This document shows positions 24,576 to 35,300 of a stretch of 64,000 nucleotides of DNA, piece by piece. Location of the stretch: the NCBI GenBank assembly GCA_015680685.1, contig MNCI01002989.1, positions 591,706 through 655,705 of the forward strand, read 5' to 3'. The position numbers were made by a program, and so were the translations under genes. The notes beneath the pieces were generated by a model that was not told the origin of the DNA, made no database searches, and worked only from the letters and a program-made list of their open reading frames with translations. The stretch's first letter is position 1. Each line of letters begins with the position of its first letter. Source of the DNA: Gnetum montanum (taxonomy: Eukaryota > Plantae > Gnetophyta).

Positions 24576-27340
24576 ATGGCTCCTAAGCACATTACATAAG
24601 AGGGCAATACCATTGGGACATTCACACAACCCTCATCAAGTAGGAAGAAGAAAGGTATGAATTTGCTAGTTTGTTTATTACACTAAAATTTTCATGGCTA
24701 TATGGTTTTATTTTGATTTTAAGTGTTTTTCATGATTTTGATTTGTTGTTCTAGTCCTATTTTGGTTATACATGATGTGTCTATGCCTAACCTAATTGGT
24801 CATTTTTTTGTTGTCTTTCAGGGGCTTACACCTACTCTAGCATCTACTTGGTTATTCAAGATGCTTTGAGGAGACTCTCATCCTAAAATTTGATGAGGTG
24901 GAATTGGCATAGCATTAGTTAACTAAAAGGGCACCTAGAAATATTTAACTAAACATTTCTCATGTAGGGTTATTTGATCTCTTCATAGCACATAGCCTAA
25001 TCATCCCTACTACTAAGATGGTGAACATTATTGACTCCTTCAATGAAGGAACCAAGAAGTTTATCACCAAGGTTCATAATGTGTCAATTACCTTGCCCAT
25101 CAATGAGACTAACTTTTGTAACCTCTTTGATGTTCCCAGTAAAGGAATGAGAGTTGTCACCAAATTAGCAATGGAGGTTGGTTATCAAGAGAATGTGAAA
25201 GTGGGGTCAAGTGCTCATTGTGTCCATTCCAGGTTGGCCATAGAGGATTTCAAGGTATCAAAAGCAAAGGAATCCTATCCCTTATTCAGATCCCATGCCT
25301 TTCCAAAGTTTCTATCATAGGAAGAGGTAATCAACACTACCCAAGCATGGACCATGATGAAGGTGCTTCATTTAACTGGGTTGCTCACTTGGCCTCTAGG
25401 TTATTAGAGGAAATCCTCAAACTTTAGGAGGATGTCATCACAATATGTCACATGCACTATGCATTCTTTGTAGCATATTTAAGGAGATTTGCAAAGTTCT
25501 TAGTGGTGAGGAGGGATGGACTATGGATGAGCCAAGACCCATCCCAACTCTCTAAGCCTTGGATAAAGCACATTTATCCAACCATGTAGACCAAAATGCA
25601 CCTAAGGAAGTTGGGGAATCACTATTTATAACCACTAAGAAACTTAGTGGTAAGCATTGTGTTTCCCCTAATAGCATGGGGATTAAGCCTCACATTTAAG
25701 GAAGGTAATGCTGAAAGGGCCAAGAAGTTGCATGTCGAAGCTAATAGGGTAGCTAGAGAAAAATTAAAGTTGTCCATGGTTGAAGAATTAGCACTAGCCA
25801 CTAAGCAACCTTTCAAGAGAAGGTTTACACTAAAGCTTGGCTGAACACATCAGGTAGTTACAGGTATGTTTTAAATTTTGGCTATTTTTTTCTTTACATT
25901 TATGTTTTAGGGTTTTAAGGCTTTAAAGTTGTATTGTTATTTGGTCTTATTTTTTTTTAACATTTTTGTTTTATTGTTCTTGTAGACAAGTGATAGGACT
26001 TGGTGGCCAAAGCTACAACAATAGAGGAGGGACAACGACACATGAAGAAGGCATTCCTATAGTGGCATGAGGATGAGGGGTTGGCCAACATTGTGTTGGA
26101 TGAGCTGTATGTCCTATCTGTTGAACCGTTGCCAGGAGAATGCTCAATCGTCATCCTAGATGAGGATTTAGGTATGCATGCATCTTCATGTCATTTGTTG
26201 TGATTTATCATTTTATGCTTAAGTTTGTTGCTAACCATTCATCAATTGTTATACTTCTTGTAGCTACCAAGCCCCAAGAGAATGCCTTCTATGTTTCACA
26301 TGAAACCATGGGTAGAGGTTCCAAACAAGGTGGAATTCATGAGCGGGGTGGCCAAGGATATCATTAATAAGTTGCAATAAGTTAATCTCAAATTTGGTAA
26401 AACCTTGTTTCATTTTATGTTTAATTATTTTATGTAGGTTTTTATAGGTATATTGGTTATATGTTTTTTCTATAGTTATTGTTTTTTTGTAAATTATGTT
26501 TATGCATATTCCATGGTTATGTTTCTTATAGTGCCTAAGGTTGAGTGGAACTCCAACCATGACATGGAGATAAACTCCTTACCTAGTCTCCCTCCTGAAG
26601 TGGAAAATGTTCCATGAAAGTTGTATGAATGTGTATCTAGTCTTGTAATTTCATGTGAAAATACTTTGTGGAAGTTCCAAAGGGCAAACAAATCCCTATG
26701 GTAGCAAGCTATGGTCTTAAAGAAGGAGAATAAGAGGTAGCCTTAGGTGATCAATGATCCATATGATTGCAAGAATTTTATGGAAGCCCAAGTGGCTAAC
26801 ACTGAGTATTTGCAAACTAAGGAGATCATGTGGACCTACTACTATAACATCATCCATGATAAAGTTGCCATTTCCAGATGGTAGAGCAACAATTGTAGAT
26901 GGACCTTATTACCTGTAAGGCTGAAGAGTGGAAGGATGACTATGCCTAGGTCCTAGAGTGGGGTTGAGCATAGAAATACCACAAAAAGAATTATAAGGCT
27001 GATCATGAGTTTTATCTTAAGTGGTTAAAAGAGAAGTCTATCACACAACATAAGTTGGAGCTATTTGTAAAGGGAATTCAAGCTGAAAGTGCCTTCAAAC
27101 TATTTGAAGACATTCTCACTATGGCTAAATCTCCTACTTCTCAAATCTCTACAGTCATGGGTGAGGTATTTACTACTATGATTTCACAGTAGCCACCTAT
27201 GTGCACTAATGTCGATGAGAATAACATCCTTGTAGGTGATAATCTTGGGAATGTGGACTAGGCCCACATGATGGAATAGCAAATCCTCCATCATTTAGAG
27301 GTTTTCCTTCAACATCTTTCACAAGAGTACATCATGCCAA
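24576..27340 (+). pseudogene. Five-exon TE accessory gene (MAPK N-terminus; plant-transposon-protein-like domain plus coiled-coil C-terminus), decayed
   Basis: ATG 24576; GT-AG introns 24655-24821, 25864-25985, 26172-26263, 26397-26531; a homologous copy lies at 49340-50660 (-). Confidence 0.7.
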
Positions 27341-27880
27341 AGTCCTCTTACGTTTATTTATTATATTATTTTGTTATGTTTCATTTTATTTAAGTTATTA
27401 GCTTAGTTTCATAGTGTGTTGATTACTAATTGTCCTTCTATTATTATGTCACATGCACCAAGCAATACTAGCAACCACAACAATGAGGTGGAAATGACCC
27501 TAAACCTCATCCATATGTCTTGTAGTACTATCAATTGTCCATTCCAATAATTTTGTTGATCACATTTGTCATTGATGTTATTATGGCTAGTGTTAACCAA
27601 TGACTTGGTTGATGGATAGTTTTATGCTTTATGATGATTTAAACTTTTACCACACCATGTGGCTATGGTTATCATGTTTCAGACATTTTGGTTATTATTA
27701 TTAAGTTTTAGTTTTGGTTATAGTATTCAAGAATTATGGTTTTATTCATGTTACATGGTCTTACATTGTAATTATGGTATAAGGCTAGGTTGGCAAACTC
27801 ATATGGTTATAATGTAATAAACGGTAAAATTTAGCTAAGTAGTAAGGTTCTAGACTGAATCGTAAATAAGTTAAAAGGTT

Positions 27881-27985
27881 GTTTGCTAGTTTTATGCCAT
27901 GGTGGGCCATGCATTTTTTGCTAGTTTTAGGCCATGGTAGGCCATGCATTGTTTGCTAGTTTTGGACCATGATAGGCCACTTGTT
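27881..27985. repeat. 35-bp tandem repeat x3 at the end of the Athila accessory ORF
   Basis: TTTGCTAGTTTT..GCCATGGT.GGCCATGCATT units. Confidence 0.85.
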
Positions 27986-30347
27986 TTTCTAACTTTGACC
28001 ACGGTCTCCCAGCTATGAGCATAGCTAGGTTTTCATATCGAAGGTTGGCCAATTCCATGTATTTTGTTATTTCTTCAATTTGAAGCTTCTTTAGGAGAAT
28101 TTCTGCTTTGTTGTAGGTGTTCAATCCATCGAAGATGGAGTGCCATACATCGCCTCCCTCTCGGAGCTGCTAGAGTGCTTGGTTCATCTTGGCTTTAGCG
28201 ACCTAAATGTGCATCTCATTGACATCCTTCTGCAATCCCACTTGGTCCCTGTAATGATTTTTGACTTTTTCAAATTTTAGGACCTTGTTCTTCCAAGCGA
28301 AAATTTCGATTGCAGACTTCTGTTGCAATGCCCAAACTTCCTCTATTGAAAGATTCCTATTTTTAGCTGCCAACCTTCTTATATTTGCGTTCACCCTAGC
28401 TAGCTCCTCCTACTGTTTTTGGATGAAATCCTTCATGTGTTCATTCGTTGCACCAACATTGCATAGGCGATGAACTTCTACGGTCAGTTGCACGTTCTCC
28501 TAGCAAACCTCCACCAAGTCCTTTTCTAAGAGATACGCTCGGGTGTCTACTATGGACTTGTTAAGAATTGTCATCTTCCTTACATCCTTAACAACCTAAA
28601 GTTTAAGCTGAAGTTGTTGAAAAGCTTCATCTCTGGTGATTTCGCGGTCGAGGATGGCTGGATCAGCAAGCTGAGCTCTTAATTGGGCTACCTCCATTGC
28701 CAAGCACTAACAAGCAGCTTGAGCAACTTCTAGTTGCCCTTCCAAGATGATGCTCTTGCCCCTTGCCAATAACAGCTCTGACTAGGTTACAGTGATGTTG
28801 TTCGGAAGGTCGAAAACATCTAGAAGTGGTTGCCCGATTCCTACCAATCCGTCCAACAATTTTCATGTTGGGCTGCATCAATCTTGCTACACAAAGTTTC
28901 GGTAGACACCTGTACATCTTGTAATCCATGAATGTTTGGTATAGGTGTTGTCGGTGCATTGAGGACTGTAGCAATTGTATCAGCAACCACTTCGGCTGCA
29001 ACTTCCTATCCCTGGTGCTACATCACTAGGACCATTGCCTCATCACCATCTTCCAAGTATACTGAAAAAGTAGTAGCATTCCCTGAGATCTCAGGGAACA
29101 ACTGTTGTGTTGCGATTGATACATCTTAGATGCTTGGATATGTTCTAGGTGGAATTGGTGCTCGGGAAGTAGAGAATATCGGCCCTGCCCTTTCAAGCAA
29201 GCTGACTGATAGAGCCACTTGCTCTAGGTGGCTCATGGTAGGGTGATAGACTGAAGTATCTTCTCCTCCACCAGTCCTACCAGATTGCTCTTGCTGGCTC
29301 AAGAGCGTTTCTCGGAGCTTGCAGATGTATTCTGCTGTGTTTTGTGAGCTCAGCTGCGTTATTTGCACAGGTGGTGGAGGTGGTTGCTTCTCTTCCTCTG
29401 TCTGTGTGGTGGCAGGAGTTTTGTCTTTCATCATCTCTCACCACGAGGTAGTTGGGGCATGCCGGATTATATCATTAGAGCATCGTGCTATCCCTGCCTG
29501 TTTGCATAACTTTTGGATTAAGCAAGGAAAGGGGAGAGCTCGTCTTCCACGTTCGTTCTCAGCGAACCTTTTTTCAATCTCCAGAAATAATAATTGTGGA
29601 AGACTCATGGGAAATAACCCACTCAAGGTGAGACACGCATGAGCGGAGAAGGCTGTGATTTTGCTGGGTCTTACTGTTGGATTCAAATGGTAAGACGCTA
29701 TCTTGGAGTATACTCTCTCCACCGTGGTCAAGGAGCCAAATTCCTTGCACTCTACCCCGTAGCACCGTTGGATCCATTGCACCTTCACCTTTGGATTAGT
29801 GTGCTTAGGAATTTCTACCACATCTGCCCCAATTTTGGGCAACCCCAAAGCTTTTCGAAAAATAAGAGACATAAATGTCTTTGATCCTTACTCTTGACCT
29901 TGGTTGCCAATTTGTCCAGAAGAGATAAGTTTCTCCTAAGTACCACTCACCACTGGTTGTGATGATTGGACACATCAGAGAGTTCTATAATTGAATTCTC
30001 ACGTCTTCTGGAGTGTTATCAAGGAATGGTCCAAAATTTAACTCTTGGAGGACCGTTCGTTGCACCTTGCGTGGCATGATAGCATCGAGGTAGGCTTGGG
30101 TCAGGGTGACCTCAAGTCGCGGTGCTATCCCAGGAGTCTCATCCCCTAGCGATTGTACATCGGGAATCTCCTCTTCGGGAATCTGGTGAATAGATTCCAC
30201 ATCAGGTCCTTTGCGGAAGGGCCCAGTTGCATAGGAACCCTCCGCATACTCTGGCGGTTACAGACCTCATCCCCTTCCTGTACGTGGACACTTGTCCCTT
30301 GGTTGTGATGGACCTTCGTCCCTTGGGTGCCTTGGTTTGGGTGCCAT
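27927..30347 (-). pseudogene. Athila accessory ('env-like'/Transposase_32-like) ORF, ~800 codons, with stops and frameshifts
   Basis: MAPKPRHPRDEGPSQ..; ..FRKALGLP..; signature ALPFPCLIQKLCKQAG; long low-complexity linker then predicted coiled coil (NIRRLAAKNRNLSIEEVWALQQK). Confidence 0.75.
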
Positions 30348-30790
30348 CTGAAAACAAACATAACCATCCGTTAGACCGTTCATAAGTAGTTTAAGATGGT
30401 CCGTATATACTTTCTTAGTTTGACCAAGTTATGTTAATGGCACAGGCACACCAATAAGTTTCCTAGAGTGTTAATTTAGGGGTTAGGGCCAAATTTTTTG
30501 TAATTAACAAATTAATTAATTACACAAGGACACCACCCTCCCACGACTAAGAGCATACCTTTGGGTGCATAAAAATGACAAGGACAGGTTGATGTGGACA
30601 CGCGATGGAATGTAAGTGTGTTGGGAAGGGTTAGGCAGAAAAAATGGCCAAAGCTCCCCTCAATTTGGACTCCAAATGATGAAAAATGAAGAAGTGCGGT
30701 GGGGTATATATAGGGGTTGGGCACTACATCGACAGGGCCACGTATACATAGTGGCTACGTATATGGGGCCCTGTATACGCAGCACTGTTC
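30348..30790 (-). promoter_or_regulatory. Putative internal promoter and 5'UTR intron of the accessory ORF
   Basis: TATATATA 30705-30712; CpG-rich block 30721-30790; donor AAG|GTATGC at 30558; acceptor TTTGTTTTCAG|ATG at 30348. Confidence 0.6.
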
Positions 30791-32361
30791 ACCCTTGGAC
30801 CAGCATTGACCAATCGAAAAAACACTCGAATTAAAAAATTTGAAAACCCAAATTGAGGCGTTTGAAGTGCACAAAAGGCCTAATCATGGCTAAGGATAGG
30901 AGGAAGGTAATTAAGCATGAAAAAGAGACAAAATGGGAGAATGGGATGGAAAAAGAACTCTAGAAGGACGAAATCGAACGACGAGACACTGAAACCAGGC
31001 AACCAAGAAATCCAAAGGATGGGAGGCTTAACAAGCACAACCAGAAATATGTAGGTGGGTCCTCCCCATAGCAAGCAACAGCCTTTGTAGCCCCTACATA
31101 CCCTCAACACTAGGGTTCGTGGGCCCTGGTGCCGATAAGTGGTGTCACCAGTTAAGACTCCAAACCAAGAGAACCCACCAAGGCATGAGAGACCTACAGA
31201 AAACATGACGAACATACAAAACATAAAAAGGGCAGTGAGGTGAGTACGAAGAGAAGTGGGAATAGAAGAAGAGAAGAAAATGGAAATTTCGAGTGTCAGC
31301 CACATGAAACCCCATGTGAGAGTGTGGTTAAGTGACCCGGTAGAACCTTCCTGAGGACAGACCTAAAACCATCTGCAAACAATGACATCACAGTAATAAA
31401 CGAAGTTTCGACCATCTCCCAAGGAAACAAGAATGACCCCACAGAGAACCACCACTCCAAGAAACGTGAGAAGAAGGAAGTGAAATGGGACGAAGTTAGA
31501 GAGGACCAAGGAAGTCCCATAACTATAGCGTATGGCCCGTGAGAGGCAGTTTAAGGGGTGTGCTTTGAATTCCCACTGCAATTCATTTTTCTTTTCTTTT
31601 GTGCGAGGGAACCACACCATGCGAAGACCCATGCGTGTGTGCATGCATTCGACCAAGGGGTGTGCTTTGAATCCTCAGTTTATTGTTTTTATTTTATTTT
31701 ATTTTTATTTTTTTTGTTTCTCTTTTCTCTTCTTTTTTTTCTTTTCTTTCTTTCTTTTTTTTTGAAGTTTTTGAATTTTTTTTTAGTGAGGACCACACCA
31801 TGCAAGGTCAAACTGCCCAGAAGCTTCTGTAGAGAGAGACTTGGAGTGGGAGGAAATTTGTAAGGACACACCGGCAACCCAAGGAATAGAACAGAATAAT
31901 GAATAAAGCACTCCCCTTGAAGTCACACCTGATTCAAACCATTGGGTCATCCCTTAGTTGAGTAACTACACAAGTCACACATTGATTAAAATGTTTTTAA
32001 ATGAAGGGGTGAATGTTCACAACACTAGGAAAACCAGGGAATGGTGAAAGGGTGGATGATGTAGACTCATTGCCAAGTTTATGAAGTGGAAACAACGTAA
32101 AATCCAAGGACAGCCATGCAAAAGGCGAGAACCAGATAACTAGGAAGACTATTATAGTACCCATCGTAATGAAAATTGATCACACCAAACAATATGATGA
32201 CAAAATGTAAACAAAAAACATGAAAAATGGAAACAAAAAAAATTGTAAGACAAAAAGTGGAAAACAAGGAAGTGTAAAATAAAAAATGGAAAAAAAAAGT
32301 GGAAAACAAGAAAGTGTAAAACCAAAAAATAACAAAATGGTGAGAGGTGTAGTGGGATGGA

Positions 32362-35300
32362 TCAGCAGGGATGAGGGTCTCCCCCATGAATGGGTGGAAA
32401 GGAGGAGATACGAAAGATGGAGTGTGGATGACCAGCCGATGACAAGGATGTGACACTAGCTGTGTGAAGCTCACGGAAAGGTTTGAGTTGTTGATGGTTG
32501 ACCAACTGTGTTCTGGTGGGATCTCTAGGTTTGTGAATTAGCAAGGCCCCGGATGGAAAAGTTTCGGAGACAATATAAGGTCCCTCCCATAGTGTCTGAA
32601 ACTTTGTCGGTTGGGATATATGTGAGGGGTTCCAATACAGTACCTTGTCTCCACATCTAAATGTGACCTTACAAATCCTAAGATCATGTCGTTTGTTGTT
32701 ATAGGCCTTGTGGCTTTCATTTGAAAATAGGGCTACTAATTGGTTCTCATCTAGCACACTNGTTTCATTTGAAAATAGGGCTACTAATTGGTTCTCATCT
32801 AGCACACTTAAATTGATTAATCGTTCTCGTTGTGCTAGCGGTAGGTCAAGACCGAGGTCACTGGCTATGGATAGTGTCTGGAGTTCTGCCTAGATTGGAA
32901 GTGTTGGCAACTTACCATACACTAACTCATAGGGAGAGTACCCCACAGGAAGTTTCCAAGTGGAGCGATAGGCCCATAGGGCATCGTTGAGCTTGGTACT
33001 CCAATCCCTCCTATATTTGCTAATTGTTCGTGTAAGGATTTTGGTGATTGCCCTATTTGTGACTTTGGCCTACCCATTGGCTTGGGGGTGATAAGGTGTT
33101 ATGAATTTATGTGTTACCCCTAAGCATTGCATGAATTTTTGAAAAGTGACCCTCATTACGTGAGTCCCATTGTCAGAAATGAGTACGCGAGGCACTCCAA
33201 ACCTAGTAACGATTTGTTGCTGGACAAATCGTGCGCGGTGTTTGAAGAATAGTCGATGACAGCTGCCGCTTCTACCCACTTTTTACAGTAGTCCACTGCC
33301 ATGATGATGTATGCCTTTTTGTTTGACAAGGGGGTGATGGGGCCCATGAACTTGATACCCTAGATGTCGAAGGGCTCCAGTGGCTGAATCCACTATTGAG
33401 GTTCCTCCAACCATGTCGACATCCCACCATCTCTCTGGCATCATTCGTAGGAGTGAGCAAACCATTGTGCATCCCAAAAAAGTGTAGGTCAATAATACCC
33501 TGCAAGCAGGATTTTAATGGCCATTCTGCATCCATCATAGTGGCCCCCACAAGGGCCCTCGTGAGCATCTTGAAGGATGCGCAGTGTATCATCGTCAGGG
33601 ACACACCATCGAACCAAGCCGTCTATGCACACCTTGTAGAGGTGATCGTTGATTTCCATGGAATGCTTGGCCTTATGGAGAAACTGTTGTTTCTACTGAT
33701 GGTTCCATTCTTTTGGCAGCTCCTGGGTTGTAAGGTAGGTGAGGATGCAGTTAAACCAAGGAGATTCCTTGGGTGCTTGAGGATCAACGACGCCTGTGAA
33801 TTCATCTAGAAATTGATCGAATAAAGGCTCCTCCTCTTCTGCATTATCCCATCGTAACCAAGAAAAGTGGTCAGTGACCACATTCTCAGATCCCTTTCTG
33901 TCTACCATGGTAAGATCAAACTTCTGAAGAATCACCAGCCACCGGATTATGCGGGGGCTTACCTTTGGTTTGTTCATCAGGAACTAGATAGCACTGTAGT
34001 CTGTGTGCACAAACACCTTGTATCCAAGCACATAGTGCTGGAATTTATCTAATGCAAACACCACCGCCATCAATTCTTTCTCGGTGGTGGTATAGTTTAG
34101 TTGTGCACCCACAATGCTACGGCTTGCACAGTGGATATAATATGGACGTTTCTTATCATCACACTGTGTAAGCATGGCTTCCAAAGCATAGTTGGAGGCA
34201 TCAGTCATAATGTAAAAGGATTTGGACTAATCAGGTAACCGTAAAACCTGAGCTTCTACAAGTTTCTGCTTCAGCTCTTGGAATGAAAATTCGCATTCCA
34301 AGGTCCAAAAGAATGGAGCATCCTTCTTTGTAATCTCTACCAACGGCCGGGCTATCTTCGAGATGTGTTCAATGAAGTGCTGGTAGTAACCAGTGTGTCC
34401 AAGGAATGACCACACATCTTTGATAGTACTTGGTTGGCGGGTAATTCCTTGGATGTTCCTAATTTTTTCAGGATCTACACTAATCCCTATTGATGAAATG
34501 CGATACCCCAACACTATGCCCTCTTGGACCATCAGGTGGCTCTTTTGCCAATTGAGCTGCAGATTAGTGTCTAAACACCTCTTTAGAACTTATTCTAGAT
34601 AGTCCAAAGCTTGCTTGAACGTGGCACCATAGGTGGAGAAGTCATCGATGAAGACTTCTACATCATTGCCAATTTTTTGCTGGAAGATTCTTAGGACAAG
34701 GTGTTGGAACATCGCAGGTGCATTGCACAGGTCAAAGGGCATCTTCTTATATGAAAAAGTCCCCCATGGACTCATGAAAGTAGTTTTGGCCTAGTCCTTT
34801 GGTGCTATTTGGATTTGGTTATAACCACTATAACCATCCAAAAAACTGTAATATTGGTGTCCTACGATTGTGTCCAACACCTAGTCCACAAATGGGAGTC
34901 GAAAGTGGTCCTTGAAATTTGCCATGTTGAGAAATTGGAAATCGATACAGACCCTCCACTTGCCACCTTTCTTGGGTACGATAATGAGTGGGCTCACCCA
35001 TTCGCTATTGGCGACAGAATAGATGAATCCTACCTTCAAAAACTATTCAATTTCATCTTTTACAACCTACTTTAATTTGGAATTCAACCGTCTTTGTGGT
35101 TATCGACGTGGCTTCATGGAAGGGTCAAGGAAGATCTGGTGCTGGCAGATCCTAGGATCAATGCTAGTCAGCTCAGGATAGGACCACACAAATGTAGCAA
35201 CCCATTTGTTTATCATCACCAGCAACTTCTTTTTCTGTTCAAGAGCAAGGGTAGCATTGATAATTACCAGCTTACCATTTTGCAAGAATGCATACTCTAA

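Noticed and set aside
32711-32810. Duplicated peptide VLDENQLVALFSNE in integrase
   Set aside because: Exact repeat flanking n32761; assembly artefact
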